A DNA stretch of 64,000 nt, from NCBI RefSeq assembly GCF_024223415.1, contig NZ_CP100500.1; one strand, given 5' to 3'. Shown here in pieces: positions 35,591 through 47,299 of this stretch. The stretch comes from Escherichia coli. GTDB lineage: Bacteria; Pseudomonadota; Gammaproteobacteria; Enterobacterales; Enterobacteriaceae. The first letter of the stretch is position 1, and every line of letters starts with the position of its first letter. Below the pieces are notes generated by a model. That model saw only the letters and a list, made by a program, of their open reading frames with translations, searched no databases and was not told where the DNA came from. The position numbers and the translations under genes are program-made.

Positions 35591-35675
35591 TGGAGAAAAA
35601 AAGGAGTTAATGTAAATTATCATGCCCTTTTATACTGAACCTTAAGTGCAAGTATTCTTTGGTCAGTAGGAGGCA

Positions 35676-37376
35676 TTACATTAACTGACTTTCCTCACCC
35701 TCCGCAGAGCGAAAGCTAATACTCACTAACGTGCCGCCGCCGGAAGGTTGTGAAAAAGTCAGCGTCCCACCCAGCCGTTCCGCGCGTTCGCGCATGATAT
35801 TCAGACCATAATGACCTTCGGGTTCTTTCGGTTCACCGATACCAATCCCGTTATCACGGATATAAACCGTGTGATTGCCGTCCGGCGCGGTGACGCAACT
35901 GACGGCGATTTCGCTGGCGTTGGCGTGCTTCATCGCATTCAGCACCGCTTCGCGAATAATTTGCAACAAATGCACCTGCATTTGCGCATCCAGTGCCAGG
36001 GTTGGCAGACGGCAGTCGAGGGTCAGTTTGGCGCTGGTTTGATTTTGTAACGTATCCAGCATTTCCCTCAACGCGGAGGGGAGATCCGCCTGCTGCAGCG
36101 TCAGGCGGAAAGTAGTCAACAGCTCGCGTAACTGCCGATAAGCATCATTCAACGCCTGGGAAAAATCGGCCATGATACTTTGTGCGGTGGCGTTATCTTC
36201 CGGTATCGAACGCTTAAGTAACGTCAACTGGATACGTAAGTAAGAAAGTACCTGAGCCAGCGAGTCGTGCAATTCGCGGGCGATGGTTGCACGTTCTTCC
36301 ATCAACAATAACTGCTGAAAATGCTTCTGCGCCTGATTAAAGTACAAACCGCGTCCCAGCATCGACGAAACGCTGTTAAGCAGCGGTTCTGATGATGAAA
36401 CGTGACTATTTTGCCAGTGCAGTTCGCCGTAAACCGTCTCTTGCATTGTCACCGGTAAAATCTGCATCGGCAATTCCGGGTTTGGTTGCCCTTCGCTAAT
36501 CCGCCAGTTTTCACCGACATTTAACTCCAGATATTCAGCCGCTTCATTGTCGCGAACAATCTGCAAAATATGGCGGAAACAATGCACATCAATCTGGCTA
36601 GTGTTCAGCGCCTGCGAACACTGATACAACACCTCCAGACGACGCTTGGCCTCGTGGAGATCGCGGGTCTTTTCTTCTACTGACGCTTCCAGCGAACGGT
36701 ACAATTTATGCAGCTCGCTCGACATCTGGTTAAAGGTTTTTGCAAGTAGACCAAGCTCATTCGGCAGACTGGTATCCAGCGGCGGCGAGTCGAACTGCCC
36801 GTGTTCAATACGCTGACTGGCGGTAACCAGCTGATTCAGCGGGGCAACCACCTGATGGCGTATGCGGCGCAAAGTAAAAAAGACCAGCGTGAAAATACCG
36901 ATGCCGCCAGCCAGGGAAATCGCCACCACCAGCAGCATTTTGCGTTCAGCGTAGTGCTGTAAAGCCAGCACGAACAGGTCTATCTGATTAACATAATTAT
37001 TAATATTGGCCTGATACCACGGCAAATCGCCCTTGCTGAGCCGATTATTCATCTCCAGCCAGTTGGCATTCAGATGCGCATAGCGAGTTTTTACTGCTTC
37101 TGGCACATACCAGACGTTGAGGTTGGTTAATACCGGTGAATGCAGTGCCTGCTGAAATAACTGGCGATGTGCATTGAGTTGTGGACTGCCACTTTGCAAG
37201 TCGTAGCCCAGGCGGTAACTCTGCATACGCAGCGATCCGGCAATATTGATAGCCTCAGCGTCGCGCAAACTGCTCGCCAGAGTTAGCAGAGCGATACCCG
37301 TGGAAAGAATCGACAGCAGCACAATGTAAAAAAAGGCCCGGGCCAGACTGGCCGAGACGGGTCGTTTAACAATCAC
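35676..37376 (-). CDS. narQ: nitrate/nitrite sensor histidine kinase
   Basis: ORF track 35676..37391; likely GTG start giving 566 aa; HAMP region, H-box ELHDSLAQ, ATPase domain. Confidence 0.85.
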   Translation of the reverse strand: MIVKRPVSASLARAFFYIVLLSILSTGIALLTLASSLRDAEAINIAGSLRMQSYRLGYDLQSGSPQLNAHRQLFQQALHSPVLTNLNVWYVPEAVKTRYAHLNANWLEMNNRLSKGDLPWYQANINNYVNQIDLFVLALQHYAERKMLLVVAISLAGGIGIFTLVFFTLRRIRHQVVAPLNQLVTASQRIEHGQFDSPPLDTSLPNELGLLAKTFNQMSSELHKLYRSLEASVEEKTRDLHEAKRRLEVLYQCSQALNTSQIDVHCFRHILQIVRDNEAAEYLELNVGENWRISEGQPNPELPMQILPVTMQETVYGELHWQNSHVSSSEPLLNSVSSMLGRGLYFNQAQKHFQQLLLMEERATIARELHDSLAQVLSYLRIQLTLLKRSIPEDNATAQSIMADFSQALNDAYRQLRELLTTFRLTLQQADLPSALREMLDTLQNQTSAKLTLDCRLPTLALDAQMQVHLLQIIREAVLNAMKHANASEIAVSCVTAPDGNHTVYIRDNGIGIGEPKEPEGHYGLNIMRERAERLGGTLTFSQPSGGGTLVSISFRSAEGEESQLM

Positions 37377-37581
37377 ACGCGTCTTCTCCACAAAAAATCA
37401 TGAATGTTCCAGTTCGCTGAAACGCAATTTAGTCAGTGATGGGATTATTTGATCTGCCACAGTTTATAGCGAAATAGTTACTTATTCTGGGCACATGAAC
37501 ATTGCCGATTCCCCTGTAAGTCGGGTAATAACAACACTCATATAAAGAATAAGGTTTTTACAACCAAAAAAGAAGGTCGTT

Positions 37582-39561
37582 ATGAATCGTTTTATTATGG
37601 CCAACAGTCAGCAATGTCTGGGTTGTCATGCTTGTGAAATCGCCTGTGTCATGGCTCACAATGATGAGCAACATGTCCTGAGCCAACACCATTTTCATCC
37701 CCGAATTACGGTTATCAAACATCAGCAGCAACGTAGTGCAGTGACCTGTCACCATTGTGAAGATGCGCCCTGCGCCCGTAGCTGCCCTAATGGCGCAATC
37801 AGCCACGTTGATGACAGCATTCAGGTCAATCAGCAAAAGTGTATTGGCTGTAAATCCTGCGTGGTGGCCTGTCCGTTTGGTACGATGCAAATCGTCCTGA
37901 CACCCGTCGCAGCGGGCAAGGTTAAAGCCACGGCGCATAAATGCGACCTTTGTGCAGGGCGCGAAAACGGTCCTGCCTGTGTCGAGAATTGCCCGGCGGA
38001 CGCGCTGCAGCTGGTCACTGACGCCGCACTCTCAGGCATGGCGAAATCCCGCCGCTTGCGTACCGCACGTCAGGAACATCAACCGTGGCATGCCAGTACC
38101 GCTGCACAAGAAATGCCGGTAATGAGTAAAGTCGAACAAATGCAGGCAACGCCCGCGCGTGGCGAGCCGGATAAACTGGCGATTGAAGCGCGCAAAACCG
38201 GTTTTGATGAAATTTATCTGCCATTCCGTGCCGATCAGGCACAACGGGAAGCCTCGCGCTGCCTTAAATGCGGCGAGCACAGCGTTTGTGAATGGACCTG
38301 CCCGCTGCATAACCATATACCGCAGTGGATTGAACTGGTGAAAGCCGGAAACATCGACGCCGCCGTCGAGCTTTCTCACCTGACCAACACCCTGCCGGAA
38401 ATTACCGGACGCGTTTGTCCGCAAGACCGTTTGTGTGAAGGTGCCTGTACTATTCGCGATGAGCACGGTGCGGTAACTATCGGCAACATTGAACGCTACA
38501 TTTCAGATCAGGCGTTGGCGAAAGGTTGGCGTCCTGACTTAAGCCATGTCACCAAAGTGGACAAGCGGGTGGCGATTATCGGTGCAGGTCCGGCAGGGCT
38601 GGCCTGTGCGGATGTTCTGATCCGCAATGGCGTGGCGGTGACGGTGTACGATCGCCATCCAGAAATCGGTGGCTTGCTCACTTTCGGCATTCCTTCTTTC
38701 AAACTGGATAAATCCCTGCTGGCACGTCGTCGGGAAATCTTCAGCGCGATGGGGATTCACTTCGAACTCAATTGTGAAGTGGGTAAAGATGTCTCTTTGG
38801 ATTCGCTTTTGGAACAATACGACGCGGTCTTCGTTGGCGTAGGCACTTACCGTTCCATGAAAGCGGGTTTACCCAATGAAGATGCGCCGGGCGTTTATGA
38901 CGCGCTGCCGTTCCTCATCGCCAACACTAAACAGGTGATGGGGCTCGAAGAGCTACCGGAAGAGCCGTTTATCAATACCGCCGGACTCAACGTCGTGGTA
39001 CTGGGCGGCGGCGACACCGCGATGGACTGTGTGTGTACTGCGCTGCGCCACGGCGCGAGTAACGTCACCTGCGCTTATCGTCGTGATGAAGCTAACATGC
39101 CAGGCTCGAAGAAAGAGGTGAAGAACGCCCGCGAAGAGGGGGCCAACTTCGAATTTAACGTCCAGCCGGTGGCGCTTGAGCTGAATGAACAAGGTCACGT
39201 TTGCGGGATTCGTTTCCTGCGTACGCGTCTTGGCGAGCCGGATGCCCAGGGGCGTCGGCGTCCAGTACCGGTGGAAGGCAGTGAATTTGTCATGCCAGCC
39301 GACGCGGTGATTATGGCGTTTGGCTTCAATCCGCACGGGATGCCGTGGCTGGAGTCGCACGGTGTAACGGTAGACAAATGGGGCCGCATCATCGCGGATG
39401 TGGAAAGCCAGTACCGTTACCAGACCACCAATCCGAAAATCTTCGCCGGTGGCGACGCCGTGCGTGGTGCGGATCTGGTGGTTACCGCAATGGCAGAAGG
39501 ACGTCATGCGGCACAGGGGATTATTGACTGGCTGGGGGTAAAATCAGTCAAATCTCACTGA
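37582..39561 (+). CDS. aegA: Fe-S cluster-containing oxidoreductase (GltD-like, anaerobically expressed)
   Basis: 659-aa ORF with N-terminal ferredoxin-like Cys motifs and C-terminal FAD/NAD(P)-binding GltD-like region. Confidence 0.85.
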   Translation: MNRFIMANSQQCLGCHACEIACVMAHNDEQHVLSQHHFHPRITVIKHQQQRSAVTCHHCEDAPCARSCPNGAISHVDDSIQVNQQKCIGCKSCVVACPFGTMQIVLTPVAAGKVKATAHKCDLCAGRENGPACVENCPADALQLVTDAALSGMAKSRRLRTARQEHQPWHASTAAQEMPVMSKVEQMQATPARGEPDKLAIEARKTGFDEIYLPFRADQAQREASRCLKCGEHSVCEWTCPLHNHIPQWIELVKAGNIDAAVELSHLTNTLPEITGRVCPQDRLCEGACTIRDEHGAVTIGNIERYISDQALAKGWRPDLSHVTKVDKRVAIIGAGPAGLACADVLIRNGVAVTVYDRHPEIGGLLTFGIPSFKLDKSLLARRREIFSAMGIHFELNCEVGKDVSLDSLLEQYDAVFVGVGTYRSMKAGLPNEDAPGVYDALPFLIANTKQVMGLEELPEEPFINTAGLNVVVLGGGDTAMDCVCTALRHGASNVTCAYRRDEANMPGSKKEVKNAREEGANFEFNVQPVALELNEQGHVCGIRFLRTRLGEPDAQGRRRPVPVEGSEFVMPADAVIMAFGFNPHGMPWLESHGVTVDKWGRIIADVESQYRYQTTNPKIFAGGDAVRGADLVVTAMAEGRHAAQGIIDWLGVKSVKSH

Positions 39562-39628
39562 TAGCCTGCGCAGACAAACCCGACTTCACAGCGTAATATA
39601 ATTGTTCATTTCGCGCTGTGGAGTCGGT

Positions 39629-40204
39629 ATGACGCAACAAATCACCCTCATTAAAGACAAAATTCTCTCCGATAACTATTTCACCCTGCACAACATTACT
39701 TACGATCTCACGCGCAAAGATGGCGAAGTTATCCGCCATAAACGTGAAGTTTACGATCGCGGTAATGGTGCGACGATCCTCCTGTACAACGCGAAGAAAA
39801 AGACCGTGGTTCTGATTCGTCAGTTCCGTGTCGCTACCTGGGTTAATGGCAATGAAAGCGGGCAGCTGATTGAAACCTGCGCCGGGCTGCTGGATAACGA
39901 CGAACCGGAAGTGTGCATTCGCAAAGAAGCGATTGAAGAGACGGGCTATGAAGTGGGCGAAGTGCGCAAATTATTTGAACTGTATATGTCGCCAGGCGGT
40001 GTGACTGAGCTAATCCACTTTTTTATCGCCGAATACAGTGACAATCAGCGCGCTAACGCCGGTGGCGGTGTCGAAGATGAAGATATTGAAGTGCTCGAGC
40101 TGCCGTTCAGCCAGGCGCTGGAGATGATCAAAACCGGCGAGATACGTGACGGTAAGACGGTGTTATTGCTTAACTATTTGCAAATGTCACATTTAATGGA
40201 CTGA
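39629..40204 (+). CDS. nudK: Nudix hydrolase (GDP-mannose pyrophosphatase)
   Basis: ORF track 39602..40204; likely start [10 protein letters not shown] giving 191 aa; Nudix box. Confidence 0.85.
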   Translation: MTQQITLIKDKILSDNYFTLHNITYDLTRKDGEVIRHKREVYDRGNGATILLYNAKKKTVVLIRQFRVATWVNGNESGQLIETCAGLLDNDEPEVCIRKEAIEETGYEVGEVRKLFELYMSPGGVTELIHFFIAEYSDNQRANAGGGVEDEDIEVLELPFSQALEMIKTGEIRDGKTVLLLNYLQMSHLMD

Positions 40205-40329
40205 AAAATAACAATAATATTTCGTTGTTTATTCTTGGCTCAATCCGACAAATCCGATTGAGCCACGCTACCTGCGCAACGAAGATACGACTTGTGCTGT
40301 TTGTTTGAACTTCTGGGGTCGTACCGTCC

Positions 40330-41373
40330 ATGCGCTATCGCATTTTCCTTCTCTTTTTTTTCGCTTTGTTGCCGACGTCTTTGGTGTGGGCGGCACCAGC
40401 GCAACGGGCGTTTTCCGACTGGCAGGTCACCTGTAATAACCAAAACTTCTGCGTGGCGCGTAATACGGGCGATCATAATGGACTGGTGATGACCCTGAGC
40501 CGCAGCGCCGGGGCGCATACCGATGCCGTTTTACGTATTGAGCGCGGCGGGTTGAAGTCGCCGGATGCGTCTGAAGGGGAAATTGCGCCACGGCTGCTGT
40601 TAGATGGCGAGCCGTTGGCGTTAAGTGGTGACAAGTGGCGGATTTCACCATGGTTATTAGTAACCGATGATACGGCAACCATCACCGCGTTTTTGCAGAT
40701 GATTCAGGAAGGGAAGGCGATCACCTTACGCGACGGCAATCAGACCATTTCTCTGAGTGGCTTAAAAGCGGCGTTGTTGTTTATTGATGCTCAGCAAAAG
40801 CGCGTTGGCAGTGAAACCGCGTGGATCAAGAAAGGGGACGAACCGCCGCTCAGCGTACCGCCCGCGCCTGCGCTGAAAGAGGTCGTGGTGGTTAACCCAA
40901 CGCCGACGCCACTCTCACTCGAAGAACGCAACGATTTGCTGGATTATGGAAACTGGCGGATGAATGGTCTGCGCTGCTCGCTTGATCCATTGCGTCGTGA
41001 GGTGAATGTCACTGCGCTGACTGATGATAAAGCGCTGATGATGATTAGCTGTGAGGCAGGGGCCTATAACACCATTGATTTGGCATGGATTGTGTCGCGT
41101 AAAAAGCCACTAGCCTCGCGTCCGGTTCGGTTGCGTTTGCCGTTCAACAACGGGCAGGAGACAAATGAACTGGAACTGATGAACGCAACATTTGATGAGA
41201 AATCGCGTGAACTGGTGACCTTAGCGAAAGGGCGCGGATTAAGCGATTGTGGCATTCAGGCGCGCTGGCGCTTTGACGGTCAGCGTTTTCGCCTGGTGCG
41301 TTACGCCGCAGAACCCACCTGCGATAACTGGCATGGGCCAGACGCCTGGCCCACGTTGTGGATCACCCGTTAA
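40330..41373 (+). CDS. ypfG: DUF1176 periplasmic protein
   Basis: 347-aa ORF with signal peptide. Confidence 0.75.
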   Translation: MRYRIFLLFFFALLPTSLVWAAPAQRAFSDWQVTCNNQNFCVARNTGDHNGLVMTLSRSAGAHTDAVLRIERGGLKSPDASEGEIAPRLLLDGEPLALSGDKWRISPWLLVTDDTATITAFLQMIQEGKAITLRDGNQTISLSGLKAALLFIDAQQKRVGSETAWIKKGDEPPLSVPPAPALKEVVVVNPTPTPLSLEERNDLLDYGNWRMNGLRCSLDPLRREVNVTALTDDKALMMISCEAGAYNTIDLAWIVSRKKPLASRPVRLRLPFNNGQETNELELMNATFDEKSRELVTLAKGRGLSDCGIQARWRFDGQRFRLVRYAAEPTCDNWHGPDAWPTLWITR

Positions 41374-41390
41374 ACAAAATGGCGGGACAT

Positions 41391-41460
41391 GTAGGCCGGG
41401 TAAGACGCTGTAGGCCGGATAAGACGCGTCAGCGTCGCATCCGGCAATCAGCATCCGGCG
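41391..41460. repeat. BIME including an intact PU of the same architecture as the two IS targets
   Basis: gtaggccggataagacgcg-tcag-cgtcgcatccggca at 41411..41447. Confidence 0.75.
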
Positions 41461-41467
41461 ATCACCA

Positions 41468-43471
41468 TCAGGCACCTTTTACTCCCAGCACCTTATGCGC
41501 TTTTGCCACAATATTCTCGGCGGTAAAGCCAAAGAACGGGAACAGCTTATCCGCCGGAGCAGATTCCCCATAACCCGTCATCCCGACAATTGCCCCTTTC
41601 AGACCAACATACTTGTACCAGTAATCGGCAATACCTGCTTCCACCGCCACGCGAGCCGCAACGTTAGAAGGCAACACCGACTCCCGATATTCCTCATCCT
41701 GGGCGTCGAAAATATCGGTCGAGGGCAGGGAAACTACGCGTACATTGCGACCTTCTCCCGCTAATTTCTCTGCCGCTTGCAGGGTGATTTCCATCTCTGA
41801 ACCGGTGGCAATCAGAATAATATCCGGCTTGCCGCCGCTGTCTTTCAACACATAACCACCACGAGCAATCTCTTTAACCTGATCCGGCGTACGTTCTACC
41901 TGGGCCAGATTCTGCCTGGAGAGAATCAGTGCCGTCGGTCCGTTGTGGCGCTCAACCGCCAGCTTCCAGCCCACCGCCGCTTCCACCTGATCGCACGGTC
42001 GCCAGGTGCTGAAATTTGGCGTTAAGCGCAGGCTGGCCAGTTGCTCAACAGCCTGGTGCGTCGGACCATCTTCGCCCAGACCAATTGAGTCGTGGGTATA
42101 AACCATAATCTGCCGCGCTTTCATCAGTGCCGCCATCCGCGCGGCGTTACGGGCGTATTCAACAAACATCAGGAACGTTGCGGTATACGGCACAAAGCCG
42201 CCGTGGTGCGCAATGCCGTTGGCGATAGCGGTCATGCCAAATTCACGCACCCCGTAGTGAATGTAGTTGCCCGCCGGATCTTCCTTCAGCGAAACAGAAC
42301 CTTTCCAGATGGTCAGGTTGCTGGGAGCCAGATCCGCCGAACCGCCGAGCAGCTCCGGTAGTATCGGCCCGTAAGCGTTAAGCGTATTTTGCGAAGCCTT
42401 ACGGGTAGCGATTTTCGCCGGATTTGCCTGTAACTCATTGATATATTTCTGAGTCGTTTTCTCCCAGTCCTTCGGTAAACCACCGCTCATCCGACGGGTA
42501 AACTCTTCTGCCAGTTGCGGATGAGCCTTTTTATAGGCAGCAAACTTCTCATTCCAGCTCTGCTGCGCTTTTTCGCCTTTTTCGCGGGCATCCCAGGCGT
42601 GATAAATCTCTTTAGGGATTTCAAATGGCGGATGGTGCCAGCCCAGTTTTTGCCGTGCCAGCGCCACTTCTTCTTCCCCCAGTGGTGCGCCGTGCGCCTC
42701 TTCCTTACCTGCTTTATTCGGCGAACCAAAGCCTATTACCGTACGGCAGATAATCAGCGACGGCTTATCTTTCACGCTTTGCGCTTCAAGGATCGCTTCC
42801 TTCACCGCTTGCGGATCGTGACCGTCGATTTCATGGATCACATGCCAGTGATAGGCTTCAAAACGTTTTGCCGTATCGTCGGTAAACCAGCCTTCGGTTT
42901 CTCCATCAATCGAAATACCGTTGTGATCGTAAAAACCAATCAGCTTGCCCAGTCCCAGCGTGCCCGCCAGCGAACAGACTTCGTGGGAAATACCTTCCAT
43001 CAGGCAGCCGTCGCCCATAAACACATAGGTGAAGTGATCGACGATCTCATGGTCTGGCTGGTTAAACTGTGCAGCCAGCGTACGTTCCGCTATCGCCAGC
43101 CCGACGGCGTTCGCCAAACCTTGTCCAAGAGGACCGGTGGTGGTTTCAACTCCGGGCGTATAGCCGATTTCCGGGTGGCCAGGGGTTTTCGAATGCAGTT
43201 GACGAAAGTTCTTCAGCTCTTCCAGCGGCAGGTCGTAACCGGTCAGATGCAGCAAACTGTAGAGCAGCATCGACGCGTGACCGTTGGAAAGAATAAAGCG
43301 GTCGCGATCATACCAGGTTGGGTCGGTAGGGTTATGTTTAAGAAAATCGTTCCACAGCACTTCGGCAATATCAGCCATGCCCATCGGCGCGCCGGGATGA
43401 CCAGAATTGGCTTTTTGTACCGCATCCATACTGAGTGCGCGAATCGCATTGGCAAGGTCTTTTCGGGACAT
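41468..43471 (-). CDS. tktB: transketolase 2
   Basis: ORF track 41468..43534; likely start [10 protein letters not shown] giving 667 aa; TPP-binding motifs. Confidence 0.9.
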   Translation of the reverse strand: MSRKDLANAIRALSMDAVQKANSGHPGAPMGMADIAEVLWNDFLKHNPTDPTWYDRDRFILSNGHASMLLYSLLHLTGYDLPLEELKNFRQLHSKTPGHPEIGYTPGVETTTGPLGQGLANAVGLAIAERTLAAQFNQPDHEIVDHFTYVFMGDGCLMEGISHEVCSLAGTLGLGKLIGFYDHNGISIDGETEGWFTDDTAKRFEAYHWHVIHEIDGHDPQAVKEAILEAQSVKDKPSLIICRTVIGFGSPNKAGKEEAHGAPLGEEEVALARQKLGWHHPPFEIPKEIYHAWDAREKGEKAQQSWNEKFAAYKKAHPQLAEEFTRRMSGGLPKDWEKTTQKYINELQANPAKIATRKASQNTLNAYGPILPELLGGSADLAPSNLTIWKGSVSLKEDPAGNYIHYGVREFGMTAIANGIAHHGGFVPYTATFLMFVEYARNAARMAALMKARQIMVYTHDSIGLGEDGPTHQAVEQLASLRLTPNFSTWRPCDQVEAAVGWKLAVERHNGPTALILSRQNLAQVERTPDQVKEIARGGYVLKDSGGKPDIILIATGSEMEITLQAAEKLAGEGRNVRVVSLPSTDIFDAQDEEYRESVLPSNVAARVAVEAGIADYWYKYVGLKGAIVGMTGYGESAPADKLFPFFGFTAENIVAKAHKVLGVKGA

Positions 43472-43490
43472 ATAACACTCCGTGGCTGGT

Positions 43491-44441
43491 TTATAGTTTG
43501 GCGGCAAGAAGATCTTCCAGTTTGCGTTGATCAACGGCGAACAGACGAATGCCTTCAGACAGTTTTTCTACCGCCATCGCATCCTGATTGTGCTCCCAAC
43601 GGAACTCCGCTTCGCTCATGGGAGCTGGGCGTGGGAACGTCTGAGAAGGTGGGATTAATTTACGTACCACTGGCGAAACTTTTTCCTGCAGCTCCTTCAG
43701 CAAATTCGGTGCGATAGTCAGTCGATCGCAGCCGGTTAAGGCGAGGATTTGTTCGGTGCGACGGAAGCTCGCGCCCATCACAATGGTTTCATAGTGGTGT
43801 TGCTTATAGTAGTCGTAGATATTGCGCACCGATTTAACGCCCGGATCTTCTTCCACCACATACGGGTCCATCGGCTTGCGTGCCTGATACCAGTCATAAA
43901 TACGCCCGACAAACGGCGAAATCAGAAAAACGCCTGCTTCTGCACAGGCCCGTGCCTGCGCAAAAGAAAACAGCAGCGTCAGGTTGCAGTTAATACCTTC
44001 TTTTTCCAGCTCTTCTGCCGCGCGAATTCCTTCCCAGGTCGAAGCCAGCTTGATCAGAATGCGTGATTTCTCAACGCCTTGTTGCTGATACAAGTCCACC
44101 AGATGGCGCGCCTTCTCAATACTCTTTTCTTTATCAAAAGAGAGGCGTGCATCAACTTCTGTTGACACGCGACCGGGTACGATTTTGAGAATTTCAGCAC
44201 CGAAATTGACCGCCAGTTTGTCACACGCTGCGACCACCTGTTGTTCCTGGGTCTTGCCATTTTTTTTACCCCAGGCGACAGCATCGTCTATTAAATGCTC
44301 ATATTGTGATAATCCGGCAGCCTTGAGTAACAGCGAAGGATTGGTGGTGGCATCCTGGGGATGATAATGGCGAATGGACTCAATATCGCCGCTGTCTGCC
44401 ACGACAGTGGTGAACTGTTTGATGCCGTCTAACTCGTTCAT
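43491..44441 (-). CDS. talA: transaldolase A
   Basis: 316-aa [23 protein letters not shown]... Confidence 0.9.
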   Translation of the reverse strand: MNELDGIKQFTTVVADSGDIESIRHYHPQDATTNPSLLLKAAGLSQYEHLIDDAVAWGKKNGKTQEQQVVAACDKLAVNFGAEILKIVPGRVSTEVDARLSFDKEKSIEKARHLVDLYQQQGVEKSRILIKLASTWEGIRAAEELEKEGINCNLTLLFSFAQARACAEAGVFLISPFVGRIYDWYQARKPMDPYVVEEDPGVKSVRNIYDYYKQHHYETIVMGASFRRTEQILALTGCDRLTIAPNLLKELQEKVSPVVRKLIPPSQTFPRPAPMSEAEFRWEHNQDAMAVEKLSEGIRLFAVDQRKLEDLLAAKL

Positions 44442-44729
44442 AGGAAATACTCCTTGAAAAGTAAAGTGTTAGATGAGTGCGTTAATTCACACTTCTGAGA
44501 AATTTCGCTAAACGCATCAAAAAAGCATAGCAGACAGGCATGGTATTGCTGGATTAAGCAGGTAACATCAGTGTTATAGGATTATTACCAAAACATTATA
44601 TTAATGGTGAGAGTTTGGACTTGCTCAAAGTCTGTAGACTCCGGCAAGGTAATAATGTGCGCCACGTTGTGGGCAGGGGCTGTTGCCCACACACTTTATT
44701 TGTGAACGTTACGTGAAAGGAACAACCAA

Positions 44730-47009
44730 ATGGATGACCAGTTAAAACAAAGTGCACTTGATTTCCATGAATTTCCAGTTCCAGGGAAAATCCAGGTTTC
44801 TCCAACCAAGCCTCTGGCAACGCAGCGCGATCTGGCGCTGGCCTACTCACCAGGCGTTGCCGCACCTTGTCTTGAAATCGAAAAAGACCCGTTAAAAGCC
44901 TACAAATATACCGCGCGCGGTAACCTGGTGGCGGTGATCTCTAACGGTACGGCGGTGCTGGGGTTAGGCAACATTGGCGCGCTGGCAGGCAAACCGGTGA
45001 TGGAAGGCAAGGGCGTTCTGTTTAAGAAATTCGCCGGGATTGATGTATTTGACATTGAAGTTGATGAACTCGACCCGGACAAATTTATTGAAGTCGTCGC
45101 TGCGCTCGAACCGACCTTCGGCGGCATCAACCTCGAAGACATTAAAGCGCCAGAATGTTTCTATATTGAACAGAAACTGCGCGAGCGGATGAATATTCCG
45201 GTATTCCACGACGATCAGCACGGCACGGCAATTATCAGCACTGCCGCCATCCTCAACGGCTTGCGCGTGGTGGAGAAAAACATCTCTGACGTGCGTATGG
45301 TGGTTTCCGGCGCGGGTGCTGCAGCAATCGCCTGTATGAACCTGCTGGTAGCGCTGGGGCTGCAAAAACATAACATCGTGGTTTGTGATTCAAAAGGCGT
45401 TATCTATCAGGGCCGTGAGCCAAACATGGCGGAAACCAAAGCCGCATATGCGGTGGTGGATGACGGCAAACGTACCCTCGATGATGTGATTGAAGGCGCG
45501 GATATTTTCCTCGGCTGTTCCGGCCCGAAAGTGCTGACCCAGGAAATGGTGAAGAAAATGGCTCGTGCGCCAATGATCCTGGCGCTGGCGAACCCGGAAC
45601 CGGAAATTCTGCCGCCGCTGGCGAAAGAAGTGCGTCCGGATGCCATCATCTGTACCGGCCGTTCTGACTATCCAAACCAGGTCAACAACGTCCTTTGCTT
45701 CCCGTTTATCTTCCGTGGCGCGCTGGACGTTGGCGCAACCGCCATCAACGAAGAGATGAAACTGGCGGCGGTACGTGCGATTGCAGAACTGGCCCATGCG
45801 GAACAGAGTGAAGTGGTGGCTTCAGCGTATGGCGATCAGGATCTGAGCTTTGGTCCGGAATACATCATTCCAAAACCGTTTGATCCGCGCTTGATCGTTA
45901 AGATCGCTCCTGCGGTCGCGAAAGCGGCGATGGAGTCGGGCGTGGCGACGCGTCCGATTGCTGATTTCGACGTCTACATCGACAAGCTGACTGAGTTCGT
46001 TTACAAAACCAACCTGTTTATGAAGCCGATTTTCTCCCAGGCTCGCAAAGCGCCGAAGCGCGTAGTTCTGCCGGAAGGGGAAGAGGCGCGCGTTCTGCAT
46101 GCCACTCAGGAACTGGTAACGCTGGGACTGGCGAAACCGATCCTTATCGGTCGTCCGAACGTGATCGAAATGCGCATTCAGAAACTGGGCTTGCAGATCA
46201 AAGCGGGCGTTGATTTTGAGATCGTCAATAACGAATCCGATCCGCGCTTTAAAGAGTACTGGACCGAATACTTCCAGATCATGAAGCGTCGCGGCGTCAC
46301 TCAGGAACAGGCGCAGCGGGCGCTGATCAGTAACCCGACAGTGATCGGCGCGATCATGGTTCAGCGTGGCGAAGCCGATGCAATGATTTGCGGTACGGTG
46401 GGTGATTATCATGAACATTTTAGCGTGGTGAAAAATGTCTTTGGTTATCGCGATGGCGTTCACACCGCAGGTGCAATGAACGCGCTGCTGCTGCCGAGTG
46501 GTAACACCTTTATTGCCGATACCTACGTCAATGACGAACCAGACGCAGAAGAGCTGGCGGAGATCACCTTGATGGCGGCAGAAACTGTCCGTCGTTTTGG
46601 TATTGAGCCGCGCGTTGCTCTGTTGTCGCACTCCAACTTTGGTTCTTCTGACTGCCCGTCGTCGAGCAAAATGCGTCAGGCGCTGGAACTGGTCAGGGAA
46701 CGTGCGCCAGAACTGATGATTGATGGTGAAATGCACGGCGATGCAGCGCTGGTGGAAGCGATTCGCAACGACCGTATGCCGGACAGCCCTTTGAAAGGTT
46801 CCGCCAATATTCTGGTAATGCCAAACATGGAAGCTGCCCGCATTAGTTACAACTTACTGCGCGTTTCCAGCTCGGAAGGTGTGACTGTCGGTCCGGTGCT
46901 GATGGGCGTGGCGAAACCGGTTCACGTGTTAACGCCGATCGCATCGGTACGTCGTATCGTCAACATGGTGGCGCTGGCCGTGGTTGAAGCGCAAACCCAA
47001 CCGCTGTAA
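44730..47009 (+). CDS. maeB: NADP-dependent malic enzyme (malic enzyme plus PTA-like domain)
   Basis: 759-aa ORF. Confidence 0.9.
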   Translation: MDDQLKQSALDFHEFPVPGKIQVSPTKPLATQRDLALAYSPGVAAPCLEIEKDPLKAYKYTARGNLVAVISNGTAVLGLGNIGALAGKPVMEGKGVLFKKFAGIDVFDIEVDELDPDKFIEVVAALEPTFGGINLEDIKAPECFYIEQKLRERMNIPVFHDDQHGTAIISTAAILNGLRVVEKNISDVRMVVSGAGAAAIACMNLLVALGLQKHNIVVCDSKGVIYQGREPNMAETKAAYAVVDDGKRTLDDVIEGADIFLGCSGPKVLTQEMVKKMARAPMILALANPEPEILPPLAKEVRPDAIICTGRSDYPNQVNNVLCFPFIFRGALDVGATAINEEMKLAAVRAIAELAHAEQSEVVASAYGDQDLSFGPEYIIPKPFDPRLIVKIAPAVAKAAMESGVATRPIADFDVYIDKLTEFVYKTNLFMKPIFSQARKAPKRVVLPEGEEARVLHATQELVTLGLAKPILIGRPNVIEMRIQKLGLQIKAGVDFEIVNNESDPRFKEYWTEYFQIMKRRGVTQEQAQRALISNPTVIGAIMVQRGEADAMICGTVGDYHEHFSVVKNVFGYRDGVHTAGAMNALLLPSGNTFIADTYVNDEPDAEELAEITLMAAETVRRFGIEPRVALLSHSNFGSSDCPSSSKMRQALELVRERAPELMIDGEMHGDAALVEAIRNDRMPDSPLKGSANILVMPNMEAARISYNLLRVSSSEGVTVGPVLMGVAKPVHVLTPIASVRRIVNMVALAVVEAQTQPL

Positions 47010-47026
47010 TTCTTTTTTAACTCTCA

Positions 47027-47054
47027 CGCTTACCCTGAATATTCAGGGTAAGCG
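47027..47054. other. perfect 28-bp palindrome immediately after maeB
   Basis: cgcttaccctgaat|attcagggtaagcg, no loop and no T-run. Confidence 0.5.
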
Positions 47055-47299
47055 GTCCAGCTGCAATATATTAGTAAAGATTATTACTGAGTTTACGAAT
47101 AATAAAAAAAGCAATATAAAATATCTCGATATTATTTTATTTATATTCATGCGTCGCATATGAAAGTTTATTCATAACAGTAAATATCTCTCCATTCTTA
47201 GTGATCTACCTCACCTTTTAAACGCGCTTGCCGAATTTTGTTATTTACTCTGACGAAAAATTGTCACGATACACGAAAGTTTTTCACAGGCGGCGACTC
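47055..47299 (+). promoter_or_regulatory. eut operon upstream region (main promoter expected here)
   Basis: 245-bp very AT-rich leader upstream of eutS; exact -35/-10 and EutR site not assigned. Confidence 0.4.

Noticed and set aside
42515-43717. 400-aa plus-strand ORF
   Set aside because: Lies entirely antisense to tktB and talA; no RBS and a low-complexity Arg/Phe-rich translation. Typical antisense ORF artefact.
45822-46736. 304-aa minus-strand ORF
   Set aside because: Antisense to maeB with no recognisable domain; spurious.
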